Under the pieces are notes generated by a model. The model saw only the letters and a program-made list of their open reading frames with translations, was not told the DNA's origin and searched no databases. Below are positions 1 to 7,815 of a stretch of DNA of 54,886 nt, piece after piece; position 1 is the first letter of the stretch; every line of letters starts with the position of its first letter. A program made the translations under genes and the position numbers. The DNA comes from an uncultured Mageeibacillus sp. (GTDB taxonomy: Bacteria > Bacillota > Clostridia > Saccharofermentanales > DTU023), in assembly GCA_964553675.1 (NCBI GenBank), contig CAZKLG010000004.1, positions 1 to 54,886 on the forward strand. Reading direction: 5' to 3'.

Positions 1-72
1 ACACCATCGGGGATTCGAACCCCGGACCCACTGATTAAGAGTCAGTTGCTCTACCGACTGAGCTAATGGTGC
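1..72 (-). tRNA. tRNA-Lys (anticodon CTT); 3' discriminator/CCA cut off by window edge
   Basis: Reverse complement folds as a cloverleaf: acceptor GCACCAT/ATGGTGT (G1-U72), D arm GCTC-AGTCGGTA-GAGC, anticodon stem ACTGA/TCAGT with loop CTCTTAA (anticodon CUU), T arm CGGGG-TTCGAAT-CCCCG. Confidence 0.9.
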
Positions 73-83
73 GAACACCGGAC

Positions 84-112
84 ATTATAGGAGGTCTTTT
101 TTCATTTGTCAA
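84..112 (-). promoter_or_regulatory. Consensus sigma-A promoter for tRNA-Lys (TTGACA-17-TATAAT)
   Basis: Minus strand reads TTGACA (112-107), a 17-nt spacer, then TATAAT (89-84). The tRNA 5' end is 12 nt downstream. The -35 hexamer contains the TGA stop of kbl. Confidence 0.65.
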
Positions 113-1296
113 AGGCCGAATTTGTCCTTAGCTTTGGCAAAAGCGGCCAGGGCCAGATCCAGTTCCTCCTTGCTGTGACCAGCCGAAATCTGGGTACGGA
201 TCCGGGCCAGTCCCTGGGGCACAACCGGGAACTTGAAGGCGATGGCATAAATGCCCTCCTCCAGGAGAAAGTCAGCCACTTCCAGGGCCTTGACGGCGTC
301 ATAGACCATGACGGGCACGATGGGATGGCTACCGGGGATGACATCCAGACCCAGGTCCTCCACTCCCTTTCGGAAATAGCGGGTATTGTCATTGACCCGG
401 TCAATCAAATCGCTGTCCCTTTGCAGCATATCCAGAACCTTGAGGGAAGTGGCGGCGATGGCCGGGGCCAGGGTGTTGGAGAATAGATAGGGCCGGCTCT
501 TCTGTCTCAGCCAGTCGACCAGAGGTTTTCTGGCCATGGTAAAGCCACCCGAAGCGCCGCCCATGGCCTTGCCCAGGGTGGAGGTCATGATATCCACCCG
601 GCCCATGACCCCGCAGTGTTCGGGTGTCCCCCGGCCGCTTTTGCCCACAAAGCCCGAGGCATGGGAATCGTCAACCATGACCAGGGCCTCATAGCGGTCA
701 GCCAGATCGCAGATAGCCTTGAGATCGGCGATGATCCCGTCCATGGAAAAGACCCCGTCCGTGGCGATCAGCTTGATCCGGGCCCCGGCCTCATCAGCCT
801 CCTGGAGACGGGCCTCCAGCTCAGCCATGTCATTGTTGGGATAAAGATAGCGTTTGGCCTTGCAGAGCCTGATGCCATCAATGATGCTGGCATGATTGAG
901 CCGGTCGCTGATAATGGCGTCCTCCTCAGTCAGGAAGGTCTCAAAAAGGCCACCGTTGGCGTCAAAGCAGGAGGAGTAGAGGATGGCATCCTCGAAGCCG
1001 AAAAAGTCAGCCAGACCTCTTTCCAGTTCCTTATGGAGTGCCTGGGTGCCGCAGATAAAGCGGACCGAGGAAAGCCCATAGCCCCATTGGTCGTAGCTGT
1101 CCTTGGCTGCCTGGAGAAGTTCAGGGTGATTGGACAGGCCCAGGTAATTGTTGGCGCACATATTGATCACGCCTTTGCTATCCGTGGTATCAATCCGGCT
1201 GCCCTGGGCCACCGTCAGCACCCTCTCCTCACTGTAAAGGCCTGCTGCCTTAAGGGCATCGAGTTCCTTATTAACTATCTCTATTCCTTTTTTCAT
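109..1296 (-). CDS. kbl: Glycine C-acetyltransferase (2-amino-3-ketobutyrate CoA ligase), PLP-dependent
   Basis: From MKKGIEIV (ATG at 1296, GGAAGGA upstream) the protein matches E. coli Kbl along its length. Shared blocks: [62 protein letters not shown] (PLP lysine), RPYLFSN. The 18-codon upstream extension of the ORF has no RBS. Confidence 0.93.
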   Translation of the reverse strand: MKKGIEIVNKELDALKAAGLYSEERVLTVAQGSRIDTTDSKGVINMCANNYLGLSNHPELLQAAKDSYDQWGYGLSSVRFICGTQALHKELERGLADFFGFEDAILYSSCFDANGGLFETFLTEEDAIISDRLNHASIIDGIRLCKAKRYLYPNNDMAELEARLQEADEAGARIKLIATDGVFSMDGIIADLKAICDLADRYEALVMVDDSHASGFVGKSGRGTPEHCGVMGRVDIMTSTLGKAMGGASGGFTMARKPLVDWLRQKSRPYLFSNTLAPAIAATSLKVLDMLQRDSDLIDRVNDNTRYFRKGVEDLGLDVIPGSHPIVPVMVYDAVKALEVADFLLEEGIYAIAFKFPVVPQGLARIRTQISAGHSKEELDLALAAFAKAKDKFGL

Positions 1297-1346
1297 AAAA
1301 TATCCTTCCCTATTTGATGATTGACGAAAGCTTAAGACCCTCCCGG

Positions 1347-3638
1347 TCAATCAGCCACTCCTATGGTCATTCTCCGCTCACGGGCCAAAGAAATCAACTT
1401 GTCATCCAGGCTGAAATAGAGGACCTGTCTCCCCGTTTCCAGGGCCCATACCTCCAGACTGTCCAGCAGATAGGCCTTCCGGGTCGATATATCCGGCAAG
1501 TCCGGCTCCAGGAGGATAAGGGGGACCTGGGACCAGGCAGTCCGGTCCGGCAGGGCAGACAGGGCCAGACGGGCTGCCAGATAAGTCAGGATCCGGGGCA
1601 CCGCCCCAAAGAGACTGGGATCGCCAGTAGCGGCAGTCTCAGCTCTTTTGGCTCCTCCCATCCTGGGCGGACGTATCTTGGCCTGGGTCAAGGGGGGCAA
1701 GCTTGAAAGGGGAGCAGCTCCCGGCCGCCGGCCGGTCAGTCGGCCCAAATAAGCCAGGGTCAAATTCATCCAGGCCTGGATATCAATCTGGTCAAGGCCC
1801 CTCAAAAGCGTGTCCATCCAGGCCAGGGCCAGGCGATTTTGCCGGTAATCCAGGGCCCTTTCCTCCAGGGATTGCTCCATTACCGCCTGTCTTTGCCCCA
1901 GGCTGGCCAGGGTCACAGTCGACTCCCGGGCCTCCTTGAGTCTTTCCTTCAACTGCTTGACTTCCTGGATCCGCTGGTCCAGACGGCCTGCCAGAGCCAC
2001 CCGCTCATCATGTATCCGCCTGGCCCGATCCGGGTCATGGGTCAGTTGCCGGGTCAGATACTGGCCGCTGAGGCCACTTGTATCCGGTATCCCATAAAGC
2101 ATGGCACAGGCTTTATCGTATTCTTTCAACATCTCATCCTCAGAACGGCCATGCTTGAGTTCAGCAATCTGCCGGAGGAGGTCGGAGACGGTTTCCTGGA
2201 AATAGGCGCTGGAATCCCTTTGCCGGGACAGGGTCAGGAGGATATCGTCCACTTCTCCTGTCTCACTGGGACCTGCATAGGGACGGATCTGGCGGAGGAG
2301 CTCATTTTCCAAGCGTCGGTATTGACGGCCCAGGCTTTCATGCTCGATTGTGTAGCGGGCTTCATCCTCATCGAGGGCCTTGATCCGGCTCATGACGCCA
2401 TCAAGTTCAGATGCGACCTCTTCCAAGAAGGTCGCGACAGGGACTTTCCTGATCTCAGGTGCTGGTGCCGGGTCAGGGGGTGCTTTTACCTGGCCGGGGC
2501 CTCTCAGGGCCAGGACCAGGCCAAAAAGCAAGGCCAGTCCGGCCAGGACATAAGCCAGGGGCGTATAAAAATAGGCCAGGAAGAGACCGGCCGCCAGGAC
2601 CAGGGCCAAGGCCAGAAAGAGAAGATGCCGGCTGGTCGGAAAGCTTGCCTCCTCCCTGACTGGGAGTGGAGATCTTTCCTGGATGACTGTCTGGCTTGAT
2701 GGCCCGCTCAAGGCTTCTAATCTTTCTCTTTCCAGTTCCTGGAGTCGCCGGCCCAGGAGGGCCCTGTCCTGCTCAGCCTTCATCCGTTCCCGACGGCTAT
2801 CTTCAAGGGCCTGGCCTGTCCGGGCCATGGCTTCTTCCAGCTGCCGGCTCTCATTACGCATCCGGGCCAGCTCAGTCAGTTCGTGGACGGTGATGTTATG
2901 TCCCATGCCGGTGATCCGGGAACCATAGGCTCCTTCTCTTGCCTCTGTTTCCTCAAGTTCTTCCCGCAGACGTAAGAGCCTTTCATATTCTGTCTTGATG
3001 GCCAGGTACTTTTCTTCTTGCTGCTGGTGGGCCAGATCGCCATCCTCGGCCCTCATGGCCTGGATTTCTTTTTCTCCGGCTTCAATGGCCGCCAGGAGAC
3101 GGTGGGGAAGCAGGGCTCTTTCCTCCTGCTCCTGGATGTCTGCCTGACCCGCCCGCACCTGGGCTTCCAGTTCCCCAAGGCTGTCCCCGCCCCGATTGCC
3201 TTGCAAGATCAGCCTGCCCCTATCCTCCAGGTCAGAGAAGACCTGATGGAGGTGGTCAGCCTTGTCTCGGGCGGACCGCCTGCCATCAGCCAGGAAGGCA
3301 TAGTCAATAGCCCCGGCCAGCAGCTGGGCCTCTCCGCCCAGGCTGGCGTGACGGAAAAAGGCCTGACGGCCAGGAGCCTCCTGGTCAGAGGCATAGCTAA
3401 AGGTTCGGTCTTCCTGGGAAAGGAGAAAAAGCCAGAGGGAGGAGCGGATCTTTGCCTGCGCCTGAGGCAGGGTCCCTGGATCCAGGACCAGGTCAGCCTG
3501 CAGGCCCCAAAAATCCAGGCCGGAAAAAGCGGCCGGTCCCCCGTCCAAGATGGTGATAGCGGGACCAAGCGGAATCTGTCCCCGCCCTTGATCCTCTTCC
3601 CCGCCGTCGCTTAGCCAACGGATCTCCCTTATCTGCAT
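1347..3638 (-). CDS. YhaN/SbcC-like (SMC-head) coiled-coil membrane protein with degenerate ATPase motifs
   Basis: 763 aa. The N-terminus MQIREIRW...[14 protein letters not shown] sits where YhaN-type proteins have ...YGxNEAGKST (Walker A). There are long Glu/Arg/Leu-rich coiled-coil stretches and two central hydrophobic helices ([38 protein letters not shown]). The C-terminus [18 protein letters not shown]...[14 protein letters not shown]...GRQVLYFS parallels the LSxGxxxQLYLALRLA...PxIxDDxFxxFD...QxxYFT signature/Walker B/D-loop region. Confidence 0.6.
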   Translation of the reverse strand: MQIREIRWLSDGGEEDQGRGQIPLGPAITILDGGPAAFSGLDFWGLQADLVLDPGTLPQAQAKIRSSLWLFLLSQEDRTFSYASDQEAPGRQAFFRHASLGGEAQLLAGAIDYAFLADGRRSARDKADHLHQVFSDLEDRGRLILQGNRGGDSLGELEAQVRAGQADIQEQEERALLPHRLLAAIEAGEKEIQAMRAEDGDLAHQQQEEKYLAIKTEYERLLRLREELEETEAREGAYGSRITGMGHNITVHELTELARMRNESRQLEEAMARTGQALEDSRRERMKAEQDRALLGRRLQELERERLEALSGPSSQTVIQERSPLPVREEASFPTSRHLLFLALALVLAAGLFLAYFYTPLAYVLAGLALLFGLVLALRGPGQVKAPPDPAPAPEIRKVPVATFLEEVASELDGVMSRIKALDEDEARYTIEHESLGRQYRRLENELLRQIRPYAGPSETGEVDDILLTLSRQRDSSAYFQETVSDLLRQIAELKHGRSEDEMLKEYDKACAMLYGIPDTSGLSGQYLTRQLTHDPDRARRIHDERVALAGRLDQRIQEVKQLKERLKEARESTVTLASLGQRQAVMEQSLEERALDYRQNRLALAWMDTLLRGLDQIDIQAWMNLTLAYLGRLTGRRPGAAPLSSLPPLTQAKIRPPRMGGAKRAETAATGDPSLFGAVPRILTYLAARLALSALPDRTAWSQVPLILLEPDLPDISTRKAYLLDSLEVWALETGRQVLYFSLDDKLISLARERRMTIGVAD

Positions 3639-3783
3639 GGCGGCTCCTGCTTTTGTTGTCAGAATAATCTGGTCTCCTGCCCTCTTACTCTATCATGAAC
3701 TCCCCCTTTGGGGCATGACAGCCGGTCTGACAAGCCATGATTCTGCCTGCAAGTAACACGGGAAACAAGGCATAAAAGATCAC

Positions 3784-3812
3784 TTGTCTATAATAGAACG
3801 AGATTGTAAATA
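3784..3812 (+). promoter_or_regulatory. Candidate ferritin promoter (TTGTCT-17-TAAATA) with embedded 11-bp palindrome
   Basis: -35 TTGTCT is at 3784-3789 and -10 TAAATA at 3807-3812. The palindrome TCTAT-A-ATAGA (3787-3797) overlaps the -35 and spacer. Confidence 0.4.
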
Positions 3813-3872
3813 AGAGATGAAAGCCTGATCAATTCCGGCTTTCGCCAAAATGTGAAAGTGAGAAAATCGACT

Positions 3873-4397
3873 ATGAAGATGACAGACAGAGTCAGAAAAC
3901 TCTTTAACGAACAGATCAACAAAGAATACCATTCAGCCTATCTCTATCTGGCTATGAGTAACTGGTTGGACCAGAATGATTATCCCGGCGCCGCCAACTG
4001 GATGTACATCCAGTACAAGGAAGAGATTGTCCACGCGGAAGGTTTTTTCCGCTATATGATGTCCCGGGGAGAAGCCATCGAACTGACCCCCATCGAAGCT
4101 CCCAAGAGCGAATGGACAAGCGTCCTGGAAGCCTTTGAAGAAGCCCTGGCCCACGAAGAATACATCACCGACTCCATCAACAAGATGGCCATTGCCACAG
4201 AAGAGGACGGCGACCGGGCAGCCCGGCTCTTCCTCGACTGGTACATCCTTGAGCAGGTTGAAGAGGAAGTCAACGGCAACGACAATGTCATGTTCTGGAA
4301 GCGGGCCGGTGACCATCCGGGTGCTGTCCTGTCACTTGACAGACAATATGCCGCCCGTGAGTTCGAGGCCGATGAGATCCCCTATATCGAAGATTAA
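3873..4397 (+). CDS. ftn: Non-heme ferritin
   Basis: Ferritin-like diiron motifs: NEQINKEYHSAYLYL, KEEIVHAEGF, EEALAHEEYIT, LDWYILEQVEEE. ATG 3873 is preferred over GTG 3852, which has no RBS. Confidence 0.9.
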   Translation: MKMTDRVRKLFNEQINKEYHSAYLYLAMSNWLDQNDYPGAANWMYIQYKEEIVHAEGFFRYMMSRGEAIELTPIEAPKSEWTSVLEAFEEALAHEEYITDSINKMAIATEEDGDRAARLFLDWYILEQVEEEVNGNDNVMFWKRAGDHPGAVLSLDRQYAAREFEADEIPYIED

Positions 4398-4425
4398 GGG
4401 TCATCAAAAGCAAGATAAGAAGCCC

Positions 4426-4455
4426 AGACGGCCCTCCCCGGAGGGCCGTCTTTTC
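4426..4455 (+). terminator. Intrinsic terminator after ferritin
   Basis: Stem AGACGGCCCTC / GAGGGCCGTCT with loop CCCG, followed by TTTT. Confidence 0.8.
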
Positions 4456-4470
4456 AGGCCTTTACCCTGC

Positions 4471-4499
4471 TTGACAGGTCAAAACTTGCCTTGTAAGAT
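4471..4499 (+). promoter_or_regulatory. Sigma-A promoter for tRNA-Thr (TTGACA-17-TAAGAT)
   Basis: -35 TTGACA is at 4471-4476 and -10 TAAGAT at 4494-4499. The tRNA 5' end is at 4511. Confidence 0.6.
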
Positions 4500-4510
4500 A
4501 GTTATCGTCC

Positions 4511-4585
4511 GCCGAAGTGGCTCAGCGGTAGAGCAATTCACTCGTAATGAATAGGTCGTGAGTTCGATTCTCACCTTCGGCTCCA
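4511..4585 (+). tRNA. tRNA-Thr (anticodon CGT), CCA encoded
   Basis: Acceptor GCCGAAG/CTTCGGC, D arm GCTC-AGCGGTA-GAGC, anticodon stem ATTCA/TGAAT with loop CTCGTAA (anticodon CGU), T arm GTGAG-TTCGATT-CTCAC, then T-CCA. Confidence 0.93.
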
Positions 4586-4595
4586 ATCTCCAAAG

Positions 4596-4621
4596 TCCGC
4601 CCCCGGGGGCGGATTTTTTCT
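4596..4621 (+). terminator. Intrinsic terminator after tRNA-Thr; also copy 1 of a 20-bp direct repeat
   Basis: TCCGCCCCCGGGGGCGGA hairpin followed by TTTTTT. The 20-mer TCCGCCCCCGGGGGCGGATT (4596-4615) recurs exactly at 5021-5040. Confidence 0.8.
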
Positions 4622-4701
4622 TGATGAGCTGTCTATTCATAGACTCTCTTCCCCATTTCCTCTCTTAGAGAAATCGCTTTCAAATTGATTACGGAGCGGT
4701 T

Positions 4702-4971
4702 GTGAAACAAATGCCAAAGATTATACCCATCAGAGACTTGAAGGATACGTCCCGGATTTCTCAAATGTGCCAAGAGACAAATGAACCGATTTTTATTACC
4801 AAGAATGGCTACGGTGATATGGTGATCATGAGCATGGACACCTATGAGCAACAACTGGCTAATGCCTGTGTTTACGAAATTTTGAGACGAAGCATTGATG
4901 ATGAAAAGCATGGTCGTTTAGAGGATGCCAGGGCTACCCTCAATGAAATCCGAAAAGAATATGGCCTATAA
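4702..4971 (+). CDS. Type II antitoxin, Phd/YefM (prevent-host-death) family
   Basis: 89 aa. The N-terminal block PKIIPIRDLKDTSRISQMC..NEPIFITKNGYGDMVIMSMDTYE is the typical Phd/YefM fold signature. GTG 4702 has GGAG 5 nt upstream; ATG 4711 is the alternative start. Local GC is visibly lower than the flanks. Confidence 0.8.
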   Translation: MKQMPKIIPIRDLKDTSRISQMCQETNEPIFITKNGYGDMVIMSMDTYEQQLANACVYEILRRSIDDEKHGRLEDARATLNEIRKEYGL

Positions 4972-4996
4972 ACTTCTTGTCACCACAACTGCTTAG
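4961..4996 (+). pseudogene. 11-codon stump of a RelE/ParE-type toxin gene
   Basis: An ATG overlaps the last codons of the antitoxin, the classic TA arrangement. It reads MAYKLLVTTTA then TAG. MxYKLxxT..A is how ParE/RelE toxins begin. The rest of the gene is absent. Confidence 0.55.
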
Positions 4997-5020
4997 GTTC
5001 TAGAAAACCAGAATCTCAGT

Positions 5021-5040
5021 TCCGCCCCCGGGGGCGGATT
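5021..5040. repeat. Copy 2 of the 20-bp direct repeat / GC hairpin TCCGCCCCCGGGGGCGGATT
   Basis: Exact 20/20 match to 4596-4615. It is followed by ATTATTTTG on the plus strand and lies 19 nt beyond the stop of the convergent minus-strand gene at 5060. Confidence 0.9.
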
Positions 5041-5059
5041 ATTTTGTGCCCAAAAGCCA

Positions 5060-5803
5060 TCAAACAGGCATCATGACGTAATCCAGGGCAGGCTTCAGAG
5101 CCCGGGTCCCCCCTCCCTGACTGACGATTTCCAAGGCCCTGAAAGGATCCGTCACCAGAGCACCGGCCAAGTGAGTCAGCGGACTGTCCTGGAAGGCCTG
5201 GGGACAAAGGGGCGTTGAGGGGCCCAGTAAAAAGACCTGGCGGGCATTTTGGCAATGTTCCAGGACGGCGTCCAGACTGTGATTGATCAGGCTGGTAGCC
5301 GTAATGACAATGACCTGGCAGGCGGGCAGATATTTAGCCAAGTCGGATTCCGGCAGGATCTGCCCCTCCTTGTTTATGGCCTGATCAAAAATATAAATGT
5401 TTTGCGTTTTCTCCCTGACCGCCTTGAGGATGGGACCAAAGGCCCCCACCATGCCAAAATGATCGTCTGGGGTCAGGTCAAGGGCCAGGGTCACATTACC
5501 CTTATCGTAGGCAGGTCCCGGCTGGTTGCAGATGGCGTTGATCCCTGCCAGGCCCAGGGCGGCCTTGAGCCGGTTGGGGCTTTTAAGCCAGGGTAAAAGC
5601 TCCGCCAGCTCCCGGCCGATCAGGCTGCCGGCCTCATCCAGGATGCCGCAATAGGGGCCCAGTTCCTGACGAAAGGTGTAGGCCAAGCCTGTGGCCCCAT
5701 CTTCCAGGCTCAGACAGCAATAACTGAGGCCGGCCCTGACATCTTTTATCCGGCGGCCCTCTGCCCTGGTCAGGGCAAAGTCCAATAAGCGGTCACTGAT
5801 CAT
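5060..5803 (-). CDS. DUF4213/DUF364-type Rossmann-like protein (putative metal-chelation domain), function unknown
   Basis: 247 aa. Family assignment is from remembered patterns (N-terminal ...RAGLSYCCLSLEDGATGLAYT..., C-terminal ...VIVITATSLINHSLD..LLGPSTPL...). The RBS AAGGAAG overlaps the tkt stop. Confidence 0.6.
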   Translation of the reverse strand: MISDRLLDFALTRAEGRRIKDVRAGLSYCCLSLEDGATGLAYTFRQELGPYCGILDEAGSLIGRELAELLPWLKSPNRLKAALGLAGINAICNQPGPAYDKGNVTLALDLTPDDHFGMVGAFGPILKAVREKTQNIYIFDQAINKEGQILPESDLAKYLPACQVIVITATSLINHSLDAVLEHCQNARQVFLLGPSTPLCPQAFQDSPLTHLAGALVTDPFRALEIVSQGGGTRALKPALDYVMMPV

Positions 5804-5813
5804 GAATGCTTCC

Positions 5814-7802
5814 TTAAGATTCAGCTAAAAGCTGACGGACCTTCTCCATGACGCTTTCTAGCGTAAAGCCATATTTTTCCATGACAATGTGGCCGGGTGC
5901 CGAGGCCCCGAAGCTTTCTATTCCCATGACAGCTCCATCCAGGCCCGTATAGCGGTACCAGGGAAGGGGGGCGGCGGCCTCTATGGCCAGGCGCTTTCTT
6001 AAGGCCGGAGGCAGGATGGACTGGCGATAGGCCTCATCCTGACGCTCAAATACCTCCATGGAAAGCATGGAGATAACACGGGCTCCTGTCCCCTCCTCTT
6101 TCAGGCGGTCAGCCGCCTGGCAGGCCAGGGGGACTTCGGAACCGGATGCCAGGATCAGCAGGTCGGGGTCCTGACAGTCCTGGACGATATAGGCGCCCCG
6201 GCAGGCCGCCTGGCCATCCGTGGACACCGCTTCTATAGTCTGGCGGGAAAGGATGAGGACAGAGGGACCCTTGTTTTGCAGGGCCTGGTACCAGGCTGTA
6301 GCCGTCTCATGGCGGCCGGCCGGCCGATAGACGGTCAGTCCGGGAATGGACCTTAACATGGTCAACTGTTCGATGGGTTGGTGGGTGGGCCCATCCTCCC
6401 CTACCGCGATACTGTCATGGGTCAGGATATAGATGACGGGCAGTTCCATGAGGCAGGAAAGCCTGAGGGCGGCCTTGAGATAATCGGAAAAGATCAGAAA
6501 GGTGGCCACATAGGGGCGAAGGAGTCCGGACAGGGCAATCCCGTTGGCCACCGCAGCCATGGCAAACTCCCGGACTCCAAAGTGGATGGTTGATCCCTGG
6601 GGGCTGGCAGCCGAGAAGGAGAGATTGTCCTTGATGGCTGTGTTATTGGAGGGGGCCAGGTCGGCGCTGCCACCAAAAAGCAAGGGGGTCTGGCCGGCCA
6701 GATGGTTGAGGACACGGCCGGAAGAGACCCGGCTGGCCTCATCCTTGTCGGACAGGGCCAAAAGATCCTCCAGCTTGAGCTCCAGGAGATCTTCCTTGTC
6801 CATGGATTTTTGGAGGAGGGCGGCCCGATCCGGGACTTCCTTTTTCCAGGCCTCCAGGCCTTCCTGCCAGTCACTTTCGGCCCGGGCCAGTTCTTCTGCC
6901 AGGGAAAGGCCGTAGTCACGGATATCCTGGGGCAGATCCAGGACTTCCTGGTCCTGGGGCCAACCCAGGGCCTTCTTGGTCTCGACGACATTGTCAGGGC
7001 CCAGGGGTGCCCCGTGGGAAGCAGCTGATCCTTCCAGGGGGGAGGCATAGCCGATCCTGGTCTTGACCCGGATCAGGGAGGGGCGGTCATCCCGGCTCTT
7101 GGCTTCATCCAGGGCCCTGGAGATGGCGTCCCGGTCGTTGCCGTCGGTCACTTCAAGGACATGCCAGCCATAGGCTTCAAAGCGGCCTGTGACATCCTCG
7201 GTAAAGGCCAGGTCTGTTGAGCCTTCAATACTGATTTGGTTGTCATCATAAAGGACGATCAGCTTACCCAGCTTCAGGGTACCGGCCAGGGAGGCCGCCT
7301 CTGAGGACACCCCTTCCATGAGGTCACCGTCACTGCAAAGCACATAGGTCCTGTGGTCAATGACCTTGTGGTCGGCCGTATTGAAGAGGGCCGCCAGATG
7401 GACTTCTGCCATGGCCATGCCACAGGCAGTGGCAAAACCCTGTCCCAGGGGACCGGTGGTGGTCTCAACGCCCGTCGTCATCCCGTATTCCGGATGGCCG
7501 GGAGTCGCCGAATCCCACTGGCGGAAGGCCTGAAGATCCTCCCGGGTCAGGCCATAGCCGAAGAGGTGGAGCAGGGAATACAAGAGCATGGAGCCATGGC
7601 CGGCAGACAGGACGAAACGGTCCCGGTTCAGCCACTTGGGATTATGGGGGTTGTGCTTCATATGATGGGCCCAAAGCTCATAGGCCATGGGGGCAGCCCC
7701 CAGGGGCAGGCCCGGATGCCCGGACCGGGCTTTTTCAACACCTTCAATTGAAAGGACACGGATCGCCGCAACCGCGCGATCGTCCATCCGCCTGTTTCTC
7801 AT
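5814..7802 (-). CDS. tkt: Transketolase
   Basis: [49 protein letters not shown] (7816-7811) is 8 nt from ATG 7802 but only 2 nt from ATG 7808, so 7802 is preferred. Confidence 0.95.
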   Translation of the reverse strand: MRNRRMDDRAVAAIRVLSIEGVEKARSGHPGLPLGAAPMAYELWAHHMKHNPHNPKWLNRDRFVLSAGHGSMLLYSLLHLFGYGLTREDLQAFRQWDSATPGHPEYGMTTGVETTTGPLGQGFATACGMAMAEVHLAALFNTADHKVIDHRTYVLCSDGDLMEGVSSEAASLAGTLKLGKLIVLYDDNQISIEGSTDLAFTEDVTGRFEAYGWHVLEVTDGNDRDAISRALDEAKSRDDRPSLIRVKTRIGYASPLEGSAASHGAPLGPDNVVETKKALGWPQDQEVLDLPQDIRDYGLSLAEELARAESDWQEGLEAWKKEVPDRAALLQKSMDKEDLLELKLEDLLALSDKDEASRVSSGRVLNHLAGQTPLLFGGSADLAPSNNTAIKDNLSFSAASPQGSTIHFGVREFAMAAVANGIALSGLLRPYVATFLIFSDYLKAALRLSCLMELPVIYILTHDSIAVGEDGPTHQPIEQLTMLRSIPGLTVYRPAGRHETATAWYQALQNKGPSVLILSRQTIEAVSTDGQAACRGAYIVQDCQDPDLLILASGSEVPLACQAADRLKEEGTGARVISMLSMEVFERQDEAYRQSILPPALRKRLAIEAAAPLPWYRYTGLDGAVMGIESFGASAPGHIVMEKYGFTLESVMEKVRQLLAES

Positions 7803-7815
7803 CGTCATGCCTCCT

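Noticed and set aside
4633-4911. 92-aa minus-strand ORF opposite the antitoxin, considered as the missing toxin
   Set aside because: It is antisense to the antitoxin rather than downstream of it. It has no RBS and no resemblance to RelE/ParE/Doc families. The real toxin remnant is the 11-codon stump at 4961-4996.
1-5060. Integrase or prophage-type island at the tRNA-Lys or tRNA-Thr genes
   Set aside because: There is no integrase, recombinase or phage gene. Only the 425-bp antitoxin insert next to tRNA-Thr shows foreign-DNA character.
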